Notes: a model not told the origin generated them from the sequence alone. 64,000 nt of DNA from Chiloscyllium plagiosum (GCF_004010195.1 NC_057719.1:28278747-28342746), one strand, 5' to 3'. Shown: positions 1 to 13,547, counted from the first letter of the stretch. A program made the numbers and translations.

Positions 1-209
1 GCTAGTTAAATAGCTAGTTTAGTTTTTTTTTAATTTGATACTTCTCTATATATGTTTATACATTCGTGTAGGAGGGTGGGTTGGGGAATTTTTTTATTAT
101 TTGGGTTTAGTTTTGTACTATTTTTGTACTGTTTTGAATTGCATTGTTTTGTATTTGTTGTAATATTTAAAAATCTATTTTTTCTTAATAAAAATATATT
201 ATAAAAAAA
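1..209 (+). mobile_element. 3' UTR/tail of an L1/Tx1-like non-LTR retrotransposon
   Basis: T-rich tract, AATAAA at 187-192 and an A-rich end at 201-209; resembles the 3' tail of the Tx1 copy at 37814-37850 (-). Confidence 0.5.
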
Positions 210-239
210 GTGCTCTGAGAGCCAGTGTCGATATAATAG

Positions 240-1060
240 GCTAAACAGCCTCCTACTGTACTGTGGCAATTCTGTGATTAACATCTTAGTCACTCTCTGA
301 AGCTCTTCAAATGCTGAACAATCAACTGACCCGCCTCTCATCTTTCTGCCGCATTATACGTTTTCTTTAAGTTTGATACTTCCCTAACTTACTTTGTTCA
401 TGATGGATGATGAACCTTCCCTTTAGAAATTGTCTTTCTTGTATGATTATACTCATTCTGTGTATTCTGAAATATCTCTAAAGCTTCTACCACAGCATCT
501 CTATTAATCTATTCCCTGGTCTATGATGCTTGGTTACTTCAGTTACCTCAGTTTTCATGCGCAGAGTGTACTTATTTATGTTTAAAATATAAACCCAATT
601 TCCTCCCTTTCAGACCCAGATGGAATATGCAATCATATTGTGGTTGCTGCTGCCAATGGATGTCTTAACTCTGAGGTCATTAATTAATCCTGTCACATTA
701 CATAATACCAAGGGAGACCTGCAAACCATTCCCTCTAGTGACTTCTTCTGTCTAATTATTTCTACCCAAACTGACTCTATACCCCAATCTCCTGAAAAAG
801 GTAGTTGCTAACCACTGCTCCAATGCTGTTCTTGATTAACAATGCTACCCATCCACTTAAACCTTTACCTTCCTGTTCCTCTTGAATGTCATATTCCCCT
901 CAATATTCAGGACCCAATCCTTGTCACACTGCAGTCATTCCTCTGTAGTAGCTATCAGATCATATGTATTTATTTCAATATATACTGTCAATTTGTTCAC
1001 TTCATTTTGAATGCTATGTGCATTAGGTGCCAGAGCCTTTAGTTTTGTCTTTTTGTTATC
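240..1060 (-). mobile_element. Decayed CR1 LINE ORF2 fragment (APE endonuclease region)
   Basis: ORF 935-1147(-) contains LKALAPNAHSIQNEVNKLTVYIEINTYDLIATTE, a degenerate form of the CR1 EN start (LYLNARSIRNKxxEL...YDLIAITE). Confidence 0.7.
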
Positions 1061-2499
1061 TCTGTAACATTTTGTGTTGATTGTTGGTGCAGTCCTAGCT
1101 TTTTTCTCTCGGTCCCTTCCTGCCAATCCCTGAATCTCACAATCCATATATCTATTTTTCTCTCTTACATTCTTTTTTATTCTTTAACATAGCATACCTT
1201 TGCTTGTTTGATCCCTAGTCTCCACTGCTCAATGTTTTCACCCCTGCAACAAACGTACACATACACAAACCTCAGTGAATGCTCTTTTCTCTCTCCAAGC
1301 TTTTGATTTCAGTTGCCACAACTGTAGCTGAGTATTTTTTATTTGCCAACTTGCTGCCTTCACCCAAAGCAATTTCCTTTGGTTAATTTCTCTTCCTGAG
1401 ACCCTTAAACAAGCTCATTTACACCCAGACACAGGTTCCTTGGGCTCACTTCTGAAAGCCGTGTCTGCTTGCACTGGTAATAAGAGCACCTCTTCTGTTA
1501 ATGGCTTCGTCACTTTGAGTGAGTCAGATTTTTGCCCGACTGAATATATTACTGGGCCTCTCACTTGCTTTTTCTGTATTTTAAACCACAAGCCGTCAAA
1601 CACCTTAGCAATTACCTCCCAGGTGCTGGGGTGGGGCTTGCTAGTCATTTACGTGAAATCGTATGAGCTTTTGGAATCTTCAGCTCACTAATCAAGAAAT
1701 GACTTGTTGTCCTCTTTAAAAAAGAAGCTTGATCATTACAGAACTGAAAATTAAAATCCATTTTCCCCCATTTCAGAACGTAAGCCCTCAAAACAATGCA
1801 AATACATAATGTGTCTTCATCACAAATAAGTAAATGCTAAAATTTATAAATTTAACTTAAGATAATCCCTATAATATAATCAAAAAGCAGGTAACCTGGA
1901 ATCATAGCAATTTCAATTCTTAATGAATTAAGACTCTATTCCTAGACTCAGCACAATTATTATCAATAATAATTAAAAGTGTAAAGGAAAGGACCATCTG
2001 GCAAAGTAAGCTGCTTCATTTTATATATGTATAAAATTGTAAATTCACTAACATATTTTGTCACAGTTATGTTTAAAATTATAAGTATGCTCACAAACAT
2101 TAAAAGAATTAATACAGCAACTGGAAGCAAGATCATAAGCATCTACCAGAGAAGGATTTCTTAAAGTAGTAACTGCAGAATTTAAAGGCCTGATTTCCCC
2201 AAAGTCAACTGGAAATAGATTATTACAATTCTCAACAATCTCATTGCCTCAGCTAGGGAGAAGAAAGCCTGGCAGGAATCTTACTCCTCATCATTAGCCA
2301 CTGACCTTTGCGAGAAGCATGTATGTGGATGTCAGGTGGTAACAGGAGCAGGAACAGCTGTGTTTCTGCCCTTTCCCATCGATAGTATACCCTAATTCCA
2401 CACTTGCCTTTTACATTTAGCTCCGGTTATACAACATCAAACAGTGCCTGATGAAAAAAAAACTACAGCCAACAAATTGGACGGTGCAAAATTAGATAC

Positions 2500-3770
2500 T
2501 AACAACAACTACCTGCATTTATCTAACGCCATTAACATAGTAAAAGTTCAAGACAGGTCACAGGAGAATAATGGAACAAATGTTGTCTCTGTTAGATGCG
2601 AGATATTAGGGCAGAAAAGCGTTATGTTTTAAGGAGTGAATTAAGGAAGAAAGGGATTCCAGGACTTGTGGCCTAGCTAAATAGTCCCTAATGTTGGAGC
2701 AATTACAATTGGGAAATTATGAAATGCTAGAATAGGAAGAGCTCAGAGGATTGTAGGTCTAAAGGAGGAAGATGGAAAGTAGATAAAACCATTGGATCAC
2801 TGACAATAAGGATAGAAATTTTAAATTTGAGGCAATACTAGTGCAGAACCTCATGTAGTTCTACAGGCATAGGTTTGATAGATGCACAGAACTTAACATG
2901 AGTTAGAATATGAGCAGTTTGAGGTAACCTCAAGTTTTTAGAGAATGAAGTTGGGAAGCTGGCCAGAAAAGCATAAGAATAATCAAGTCTACAGGTAACA
3001 AAGGTACAAATGGGGATTTCAGCAATGGGTGAGGTAAGACAGGGATGGAATCAGCTCATTTTTAGAAGTTAGGAAGTTTTGTGATAAAATAGAAAAATAT
3101 TCAGATGTTCATCTTCCACTCAAACTTGACATCCAATGTTATGAATAGCCTGGTTCAGCCTCAGCAATTGCCACCAAGATGTACGGAGTGACTAGGTATG
3201 GAACTCCTCGGGCGGGGGGGGGGGCGGGGAGGAAGAGTATAATGACTTCAGTGTTGCCAGTTTTTAGTTGGAGGAAATTTCTGGTTAACCGGTGTTGGGT
3301 GTCAAACAAGCATGATGATAAATTAGTAACAGGAGAAACAGTTAAGAGAGTTGGCCGTAAGATTGAAGTGAAACCACCCCCTTGCCCCAATCCCCACCCT
3401 CACCCACATGATCAGACTCCCCTTCTTATCTGACTCCAGTAGCACACTTTGCAGATGACTGTTTGACTGCCAGCATTGACCATTGCTGGGATGGGAGGGG
3501 TGCAAGTCCTGATTGGTTGACATTCTCTGGGGTGGGTAGGGCCAGAGTTTCAGCCAAGAATGGGCTGAAGGTCATTAGATCATCTCAGAGCTTTGTGGCC
3601 GGGGAGGGGTCAATCCACAGGGGTCACCAACAATGTGTACAATTCCAGTCTCTGTGATTTCACCAGGGGTAAAATGAAAAATAGCAATGGACCAATGATG
3701 GGGTCACCAGGGATTAAGGTGTGGACGGATAAAGAGAAGTTGCAGATAATTCTATGACTACAACTGGACA
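2500..3770 (-). mobile_element. Old L2/CR1-group LINE 3' portion, heavily decayed
   Basis: Starts with aacaacaactacctgcatttat..., the reverse of an L2-type 3' tail, followed by degenerate LINE-like sequence; no intact ORF. Confidence 0.5.
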
Positions 3771-5946
3771 GGTAAAATACATTTTCATTGGGTTTCTCAA
3801 ATGGAAAGGGAAATAGATGCATAGTATTTCTCAAATTACCTTTAGCCTGGTTTAATTGAAAGTGGAAAACCTTTATATTTAAGAAGCCTGGCACTCAGAG
3901 CACCCTTTGTCCTTGTATTTGGCAATAATCCGCATTCCTGTTATGACTCTACAACAACACACCATTTTACATGCAGTAGTAATCCATTTAAAGTAAATGG
4001 CTTAAGGTTCTGCTATAATATCAAAGCACAACATGTCCTTATTTACATTAGGTTTGCCCTGTATTAAATCAGTCACTTTTTCTGCTACTTGTGGAATCTA
4101 AGAGAACATGAAAACAGAGTTTTCAAAGGCGGTTCACATAGACATTGATGAAGGATTGAATGGTCTGGCAGAAAGTGCCTTCAGATTTAGTTAATTTTTC
4201 ATCATTTTGGAATCTACTGTAATCCTGCCTTAAATGGAAGCTTTACTGATTCTTTGAATATGAAGGTAAAAGTGGTTGCACAGGCTCTAATGCAACTTTA
4301 TATGGCCTGTTTTCATGTGAAATTGAAAGCCAGATGCACCATATTAATTTGTGAATTGAAATTCTTTGAAACATAACCAGGTGTCCAGGGTGCTATTAAA
4401 AACCTAATTCACTGCCAGGAATGGATATGCAACCCCTACCAGGGCTCTTGCATAAAATTGTTTCATTTAAGTATAATGATTATGATGTGCTCATTCAGGG
4501 TATAAACATTGTACAGGCCTGTCTCCTCATTTTCCTGAGTTTGCGTTTCAATGGTTGAATGGTGCGGAGGTCGAAGTAGGAACATTGAATCAGTTTCACA
4601 TAATCCAGCTTCACTTAACATCTTGCCTGCCCTCATCCCAGAGTCCATGACTGGTTAGAAGAGAAGGAGGCAATAGAGATAAATTGATAGAAAGAGAGAA
4701 ATAGACAGAAAAGGGAAAGAAAGAAAGTGAAAAAGAGAGGAAAAGTGAGCGAGAAAAAGCAATACTTTATTCTTGATTCATGTGGATTAACAGGAAGCAC
4801 GGTGATAGCTGGCAGAGAACAAGTCATGTCACCCAACCTCACCAGTCAAGAAGCAGAACTGGCCAATGTAGCACAACACTTTGAGGGGGACATTCCTATT
4901 TCCTCAAAATTAAAATTCTGCAAACGTGGTTGGGGGTTGGAATGAGGGGAATTGAATAAGAAATCGGAAGGATTGGAAAAGAGACAAGCAAGAGTTACAA
5001 AGTGAGAAAAAATAATTTTGTTAGAATAAATTGCCAGTTTACAATACTTTTCAGCACAGTTTAAATCTAAGTGGGATCCAATTCAACCTCATTTTTATTT
5101 AATTTGCTCATGTTAATGCTAATGCTTCTAAAAAAAAACTGAATATCTTTCTAATCTAGTTCGAGAGTCAGTGTGAAGTCTTTGCCACAGCTGTTTGATA
5201 TTTAGCTTTTGAACCATGGAATCCACTAAACCACTGAAGGTATCACCTTTTCAGTAGTTACAATCTAATTTTGATTGCAATGTTGTATGTTGCTCTCCTT
5301 CCCCTAGTCTCCCTCAGTGACGGACTATTGCTTTCAATTATTGAGTTTCAGTTGAATTACTGATCTATAATTAGTCTTATTTTAGCAATGAACAACAGTG
5401 TGGACCTTGTCCTGAAGGCTGCCATCTGTTTTTTGTACAGCACAACCACCCATTGAGCCACAAGAAATCCCCCACTGCTACCCGGCAACCAGTTTTATTG
5501 ATTTCTCCCCAACCCCCTCCCCTTTAAAGAGATGAAAGTTCTTAAAAAGTTTTTGATGGTTTGTGTTAATGAGCTAAGCAGCTGTCGGGTGAGTGAAGGT
5601 CATTTTGAAATGGATTACTACAGGGCAACACACCTAAACGTTGTACTGGGGTGGTGTGGCGATTACTAGGTGGTGACAAGCCCTCAAAATAATCACCTAA
5701 AAATGTGCTGTGAAACTATGCATCTCACAGGGAGGGATAACACAGTTAATAGGGAATAGGTTGCTCATTGATCTCGCTGTAGCAGAAGTGTTGGCCCAGG
5801 TAACATTACAGTGAACTCTTTTGCTGCAGTGTGGCAGAATCCTAAAAATTCTTTTTTGAAGACAGGGTAAAGACTTTCATTTATATACTGCCTGAACAAC
5901 CTCAGCACATATCGGAGCACTTTAAAGGCAATTAATTATTGTTTGA

Positions 5947-6060
5947 GAGAAAGTGAGGGCTGCAGATGCTGGAGATCAGAGCTGAAAATGTGTTGCTGGA
6001 AAAGCGCAGCAGGTCAGGCAGCATCCAAGGAACAGGAGAATCGACGTTTCGGGCATAAGC
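5947..6060 (-). mobile_element. PLE 3' terminal repeat fragment
   Basis: Near-identical to the reverse complement of 21325-21437; retains only the GCCC-GAAACGTC half of the hammerhead. Confidence 0.8.
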
Positions 6061-6091
6061 TTGTCGATAGTGTTCGAATATAGGGAAATGA

Positions 6092-6420
6092 GGAAGGTTG
6101 TGGTGTAATGGTAACATCACTGGACTAGTAATACAAATCCCAGTCTAATATTCTGGATTCAAACTGTACCACAGCAGATGGTTAAAATTGAATTCAGTTC
6201 AAATAAATCATGTATAAAAAGTGACTATTTAACTGCTGTCAATCAAATATGTTTTTTTTAAATCTGGTTCATCGATATCCTTTAGAGAAGGAAATTTGCT
6301 ATCCTCACCTGGTCTGGTCCACATGTGACTCCAGACCCACAATAATATAATTGACTCTCAAATACTCCATGGACAATTATGGATGGGTAATAAATGCTGA
6401 CCTAGCCAATTGCACTACAT
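6092..6420 (+). mobile_element. tRNA-head SINE-like repeat, second family
   Basis: Head ggtgtaatggtaacatcactggactagtaat; homologous copies at ~22217-22360 and ~23865-24195. Confidence 0.6.
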
Positions 6421-6439
6421 AAAAATAGATAAATAGTTG

Positions 6440-7360
6440 TTGTTTTGAAGATGTAACGAACAAAATTGATAGATGTGAGCTGATGGATGTAGTATACCTA
6501 AATTTTCAAAAAGTCCCCCAGAGGAGTTAGAAAAAATGAAGCATCTGGAATCAGAGGTGATTTATTGGCATGGATTAATGACTGGCTAACAGACAGAAAA
6601 CAGGATAAGAGAATAGGAATAAATAGGTCATTTTCACATTAGCAGCTTGTGACTTGCAGAGTACCACAAGGATCAGTAATTGGGCCCTCAATTGTTCACA
6701 ATTATTTAACGATTTGGAGTTAGGGACCAAATGTAATATTTCCAGATTGGTCGTTCCTGGGATGGTGGGACTTTCCCATGAAAAGAGAGTGGAAAACTGG
6801 GACCAAAAGAGAAAATGGTGGAAAATCTCAGCAGGTCTGGCAGCATCTGTAAGGAGAGAAAAGAGCTGACGTTTCGAGTCTAACTGACCCTTTGACAAAG
6901 CTGACAAAGCCAAGCTTTGACACAGCGTCAGTTAGACTCGAAATGTCAGCTCTTTTCTCTCCTTACAGATGCTGCCAGACCTGCTGAGATTTTCCAGCAT
7001 TTTCTCTTTTGGTTTCAGATTCCAGCATCCGCAGCAATTTGCTTTTATTCAGTGGAAAACTGGGCCTGTTTTCTCTGAGTTGTGAAGAATGAGAGTTGAT
7101 CTCATTGACACCCACAAAATACTTAAAGGGATAGATGGGGCAGATGCAGGTAAGATGTTTCCCCTGATTGGGGAGTTGACAACCAGGAGGCACAATTTAA
7201 AAATAATGGGAATGCCAAGATAGAAAGTTGAAATTCTCTACCACAGAGGGACGTGCACACTCAGTTTTTGAGTATGTTTAAGGTAGAGATTGATGGTTTT
7301 CCGATTACTAGTGGTCTGCGGTTTGTAGGATGTTTGGATAAAAAGCATTGAAGTGTTCAA
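6440..7360 (+). mobile_element. Decayed CR1 LINE (RT to 3' end), interrupted by two PLE insertions; tail resumes at ~8653-8720
   Basis: Degenerate RT motifs (VVYLNFQK; VPQGSVIGPQLF) and a CR1 3' tail ...gaatggcctactcctgtt...cctatgttc. Confidence 0.75.
6802..7050. mobile_element. PLE terminal-repeat fold-back (inverted pair) with 14-bp TSD
   Basis: 6802-6903 is inverted relative to 6913-7012; agtggaaaactggg duplicated at 6788-6801 and 7051-7064. Confidence 0.85.
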
Positions 7361-8652
7361 CTATCTCGGACACCTCCCTCCCCTTCCTGGACCTCTCAAT
7401 CTCCATCTCCGGCGACTGACTAACCACGGACATCTACTACAAACCCACGGACACCCACAGCTACCTGGACTACACCACCTCCCACCTTGCCTCCTGTAAA
7501 AAATGCCATCTCTTATTCCTAATTCCTCTGCCTCTGCCAGATCTGTTTCAGGATGTCCAATTACACCATAGAAAATCCCAGATGCCCTCCTTCTTCAAAG
7601 ACCGCAATGTCCCCTCCCGCGTGGTCGACAATGCTCTCCAGTACATTTCCTCCACTTCCCGCATCTCTGCCCTTGAACCCCACCCCTCCAATCGCAACAA
7701 TGACAGAACCCCCCTAGTCTTCACCTTCCACCCCACCAACCCCTGCATATATCGCATCATCCTCTGCCATTTCCACCACCTACAAACAGACCCCACCAAT
7801 AGGGATATATTTCCCTTCCCACCCCGTCAATGTTTTGGAGAGACCATTCCCTCCACCACTCCCTAGTCAGAGCCACGCCCCACACCAGCCCTTATCCCAC
7901 TCTCCCGGCACCTTCCCCGACTACCGCAGGAAGTGCAAAACCTACGGTCACACCTCCCCCCTCACCTCCATCCAAGGCCCCAGAGAATCCTTCCACAGCT
8001 GACAGAAATTTACCTGTACCTCCACTAATGTCATCTACTGTATCCATTGCACCCGATGTGGGTCTCCTCTACATCTGGGAGACAGGACGCCAACTTGTTG
8101 ATCATTTCAGAGAGCATCTCTGGGACACCTGCACCAACCAACCCCACCGCCCTGTCACCAAACACTTTAACTCTCCGTCCCACTCCACCAAGGACATGCA
8201 GGTCCTGGGCCTCCTCTATCGCCAGCCCTAACCACCTGACGCCTGGAGGAAGAACGCCTCATCTTCTGTTTCAGGACCCCACAACCACATGGGATTAATG
8301 TGAATTTCACCAGTTCCCTCATTTCCCCTTCCCCCACCTTATCCCAGTCCTAAGCCTCCAATATGGCACTGCCCTCTTGACCTGTCCATTGTCTTTCCCA
8401 TCTATCCGCTCCACCCTCCTCTCTGACCTAATCCGCTCCACCCTCCTCTCTGACCTATCATCTTCTCCCCCACCTTCATCTACCTATTGCATTCTCAGCT
8501 ACCTTGCCCCCAGCCCCACCCTCCTCCCATTTATCTCTCCGGCCCACAAGCCTCATTCCTGATTAAGGGCCTATGACTGAAACATCAACTCTCCTGCTCC
8601 TCAGATGTTGCCTGACTGCTGTGCTTTTCCAGTACCACACTCTCGACTCCAG
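7361..8652 (+). mobile_element. 5'-truncated Penelope-like element: RT C-terminus, GIY-YIG endonuclease and terminal repeat
   Basis: TDIYYKPTDTHSYLDY, TSTNVIYCIHC..GLLYIWETGRQLVDHFREHL across frameshifts; decayed hammerhead at ~8555-8590. Confidence 0.9.
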
Positions 8653-8861
8653 TATTGAATAGAGGGGCAGTCTCAGTGGGTAGAATGGCCTACTCCTGTT
8701 TCCTTGTTCCTATGTTCATTTTGTTTTACACAGTACAAGCTGAGACTGTGATGCCCACTCAGATTCAGCAGGGTAAGGAAATTAGGGAAGGAGAAACAAC
8801 AGGTGTAGATTTCCACAAAGAACTGATACACTTTGAGAGTCTTGCTCAGATTAATCATTAC

Positions 8862-9160
8862 AGAATGCCTATACTGTGGAAACAGGCCATTCGGTCCATC
8901 AAGTCCGAAGACTGACACACCCCCTACCCTATCCCTGTAACCCCACATTTCCCATGGCTAATCCAGCTAGCCTGCACACCCCTACACACTACGGGCAATT
9001 TCCTATGGCCAATCCACCTAACCTGCACACCTTTTGACTGTGGGGGGAAACCAGAGCACCCAGAGGAAACCTATGTAGACACTGGGAGAGTGTTCCAACT
9101 CCACAGCACCTGAGGCTGGAATTGAACCCAGGTCCCTGATGCCATGAGGCAGTAGTGCTA
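8862..9160 (-). mobile_element. HE1-like V-SINE
   Basis: Reverse complement of tRNA head, V-domain and CR1-like tail. Confidence 0.85.
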
Positions 9161-10049
9161 ATCAAGTAGGGTGTTCTCCCAGAATTAATGGAGTTGACAG
9201 AAGGTGAATGATAACTGAACTATTCAATCTGTGCTTCCTAAACCTTTTCCCACTGTGATCTCATTTTGTGGTTTGAAAATTGTCGCTATCCCTCCATGAA
9301 AATTGCAAAAGTATGTTAGAAGATGCCGTTAGAGTGGTACAGCTGTTGCAGTTCTGTCAAAATTCCATGGTGTCCATGATTACCTCAGAGTTCCTGATCC
9401 TAGAATTTCAGCTTGCAATCCTACTCTGGATCCTAACCTCCACAGTGGGGAGCCCTGCACTAAATGGTTTCAGATTTATTCAGACTTTTTGTGTTTGGCC
9501 TCTGTCTTCTCAATATCCAAACAACAATATCCAGAGAGGACACTACTGCTCCCTACAATCCAGAAGGATTACCTTTCTTACTCTGTTCCTTGCTGGGGTT
9601 GTGAGCGCATTAAGTTAACAAGGACACCAGCTTTAATAACAGCTCAGTTATGGTGAGACTAACCTAAGGTTTGGAATTTAACAATGGTTCCATCAGTTTC
9701 CCAGCATTCCTGGAACTCATGAGGGAAAACAAAGTAAGAAGGGAGCAGCAAATGAGGAGGCTGAAGCCATCACCGGGAAACATGCCAACAAATACTCACA
9801 GCCTCTTTCTTACCTGCTTAAGATTTGTATTGACAGGTAACTTGAGACAGGTTTTCATTATCAGCACTGCCAACTCAGCAAATCCCGCCTGGTTTTGCTA
9901 GCTTTTTATACATGCTGGTGGTAAATGTCTATAATTCTGTATTACCGACACAGAACTAAGTCAGAAGCAGATATTGGAGGCGCTAGTGACACTTTGGAGG
10001 TTCAGAGATCTGGTCTGTTCTGTGAAGTCAGTCTCAGGACTGAGAAACG

Positions 10050-10310
10050 CCTTTTCCACTTTGTAGGGTGATATCTGGATCAGCAATCCATACAGCCATG
10101 AGCCAAGACTGCCACTGTGAAGAAGTGGAGGCAAAGTCACTGAATATAGTTAAGGAAGAAATAGATAGATTCCTAAATGCGAAAGGAGTTCAAGCATTAT
10201 GGGGAGAGACCTGGAATATCATGTTGAGCTAGACAATCAGCTGTGATCATATTAAAAGATGGAACAAACTCAATGGGCCAAATGGCCTAATCATGCTATG
10301 ATTCAATGTT
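10050..10310 (+). mobile_element. CR1 LINE 3' end fragment
   Basis: ...gtggaggcaaagtcactgaatat...gggccaaatggcct, matches other CR1 tails in the window. Confidence 0.65.
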
Positions 10311-10937
10311 TCTAAGCAGTAACTAGAGTCAGCGGATGGGAAGCTGTCAATTGAGGAGAACAGGAGAGAGCTCGATAGGAGAGAGCAGTGAGTGGAAGGA
10401 TGTGGAGGCTTCACAGTAGGCCATACCATAGATGTAGCTTTTTCATCAAGAGAATATGCTTCCATGACACTTTGGAATATTAGCGTCTCAAGAGGCTTAG
10501 GGTGTCACACCTAATGGTAACCAAACCTGTAGCCTTCAGGAATCACAACTGCTGTTAATTGGACTCAGTGACCAAATTTACTAGTGGTAGTCAAAGTCAC
10601 CACATTATGACCATCAGATCCAGTTTCTGATCTAGAAACAGAACAGTAAGTTAAAAAAACCTAAATTTCCTAACGGTTGCTAGGAATATTTGAAAATTAT
10701 TTTTCAGCATTTTCACCAGGTGTAAATAAATCAATTATAATTTTTGGGGCAATTAAAAAAACTTGTTGCCATTCAAACTGGTGACTCTTGACCTGGAGGC
10801 TGTACCATCAGAAAGGTATGCTTTATGTCCAGACAGAAAAGACAGCTGTACAACAAGGCAGCCACAATAGAGGAGCTGGAGGGCAATGACACCAGATGCA
10901 GACACAAAGAGAATGGAGACAGAGACAGAAAGAAGAA

Positions 10938-11222
10938 AATCATAGAATCCCTACATTGTGGGAACAGGCCATTAGGACCAACAAGTCTACACTGATCTTC
11001 TGAAAAATAACCCACTCAGGCCCATTCCCCTACATTTACCTCTGACTAATGTAGTTAATGTACACATCTCTGAACACTATGGGCAATTTAGCATGGCCAA
11101 TTCACCTATCCTGTACATCTTTGGATTATGGGAGAAAACCCGTGCAGACACAGGGAGAATGTGCAAACGCCACACAAACAGTCACCCAAAGCAGGAATCG
11201 AACACGGGTCCCTAGCACTGTG
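10938..11222 (-). mobile_element. HE1-like V-SINE
   Basis: catagaatccctac...cacatctttgga...gtgcaaac pattern shared with other copies. Confidence 0.85.
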
Positions 11223-12524
11223 CCCTTGTGAAAACACTGAATCCTTGTGATGAGAAAAAATAAATCTCATGAAATCTCCTAATATGACCAAGTTAAAGAG
11301 GTGGGTGTTGTCCTGAAAATAGTGAAATGGGTGTTGTTAGTTTGCTGTTTGAAAAGTATAAAATAGAATCCCTACAGTGTAGCTGTGGAAATCTACACGA
11401 TCAGACTGTCATACCAGAGGGAGAGAGGATTTATAGAAACGAGCCTTGCTGATGGTTATTGCACCTGTAAAACTTAGAGTTGAAGGCTCTTTTCAGATAG
11501 GACCCTTGACATAACACTGTGTGAATAATAAACAGTACATTGTGGAACTGTGTAACAATGCTAATTAAGCTGAATCATAATGCTGGTCATTGCTATGCTG
11601 CTAGTCATCAATTTACCGAAACTGGAATCAGGAATTAGTCTGTCATCCACATTTGGGTTTGTTTGCATTTCATAGTTCAGTAAAGATTCCAGTTTGGTCT
11701 CTCTACCTTCCAGGGGAAAACCAGCCCTTGAATATATGCTCCAGTAAGCATCAGTTGCCTTTTATTGTCTCAATCCTTCTCCATAATCATTCTTAACAAT
11801 GCTATCATTTACAACAGTGTCAGATGTCCTTTCTTTCTTAAAAAAATGAACAAAGCTCACTTTTACAGCAAAACATATGACAATAAATGTTACATGTTCA
11901 AAGTTTACATTATGAGCTCTTCCTGTAAGGGGATTCCCAACAAATTTTCATTCCAGCTATTCCATTTGGTAAGAACAATCCAATAATTGATGACTCATAT
12001 TTACCTATGTCAGTTTGGATATTTCTTTTCACTCCAACATTGCTTTAGACTTGCTGTATCGATTCAGTCTTTTCTCATTTACAGACATCATAGAATGTAT
12101 ATTATCCCAATGGGTTTGATTATCTAAATTGCATTCTATAGGTGTAGACCCCTCAGTCTCCCTTTCATATAACATTTTTTCCAAATCTTGAATAAATCGT
12201 TTGTCATGTGCACTACATCAATGAGTGTGGCAGATTCAGCATCAAATGTGCTTTTACTACTCTCCTCGTATTTTGGCAAACAAAAGGGAAACTCTTCCCC
12301 TTCCTTCCCACAAGGCATATTATGAACCATCCTTTGCTGGAAAATCCATCCCCAAGGTTGGTACATGAGAAATTGCAAAAAATAATCAGTCCCATGTATT
12401 TGGAAATCACCCAAAGTTGGGAATTTCAGTATACATATCTGCCTTTTTAAAAAAATGTTTTGTTCACCTTCAAGATGTCCTCAACCTTGTATTTCTCAGC
12501 ACCACTCTGAGTTTTAACATAATG

Positions 12525-13445
12525 CTGGTCTTCCTTCCTATCGGAAGGTCATTTTGAAACTCGAAAGGGTTCAGAAAAGATTTACAAGGATGTCGCCAAG
12601 GTTGTAGGGTTTGAGCTACAGGGAGAGACCGAACAGCCTGGGGCTGTTTTCCCTGGAGTGTTGGAGGCTGAGGGGTGACCTCATAGAGGTTTAAAAAATC
12701 AGGGGGGGCATGGATAGGATAAATAGACAAGGTATTTTCCCTGGGTTGGGGGAGTCCAGAACTAGAGGACATAGGTTTAGGGGTGACCTTACAGAGGTTA
12801 ATGAAACCATGAGGGGCATGGATATGATAAATAGACGAGGTCTTTTCCCCAGGGTAGGGGAATCCAAAACTAGAGGACTTAGGCTTAAAGTGAGAAGGGA
12901 AAGATCTAAAATGGACCCGAGGAGCAAAGTTTTCATGCAGAGGGTGATCCGTGAATGGAATGAGCTGCGAAATGAGGTGTGGAGGCTGGTACAATTACAA
13001 CATTTCAAAGGCACCTGGATGGGTATATGAATAGGAAGGGTTTAGAGGGATAGTCACAGGTGAGGTGCCGGAAGACTGGACGTTGGCTAACGTGGTGCCA
13101 CTGTTTAAGAAATGGCAAGGACAAGCCAGGAAACTATAGCCCAGTGAGCCTGACGTGGTGGTGGGCAAGTAATTGGAGGGAATCCTGAGGGACAGGATAT
13201 ACATGTATTTGGAAAGGCAAGGACTGATTAGGGATAGTCAACATGGCTTTGTGCGTGGGAAATCATGTCTCACAAACTTGATTGAGTTTTTTAGAGGAAG
13301 TAACAAAGAGGATTGATGAGGACAGAGTGGTAGATGTGATCTATATGGACTTCAGTAAGGCGTTTGACAAGGTTCCCCATGGGAGACTAATAAACATGGT
13401 TAGATCTCATGGAATACAGGGAGAACTAGCCATTTGGATACAGAA
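12525..13445 (+). mobile_element. Two abutting CR1 (HER1-like) fragments: a 3' end, then an RT segment running into an N gap
   Basis: LESRTRGHRFR; FLEEVTKRIDEDRVVDVIYMDFSKAFDKVPHGRL. Confidence 0.9.
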
Positions 13446-13547
13446 NNNNNNNNNNNNNNNNNNNNNNNNNNNNNNNNNNNNNNNNNNNNNNNNNNNNNNN
13501 NNNNNNNNNNNNNNNNNNNNNNNNNNNNNNNNNNNNNNNNNNNNNNC

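Noticed and set aside
4463..4700. Minus-strand terminal exon after a strong polypyrimidine acceptor at ~4651
   Set aside because: No partner exons or recognisable peptide; the tract may be simple low-complexity sequence
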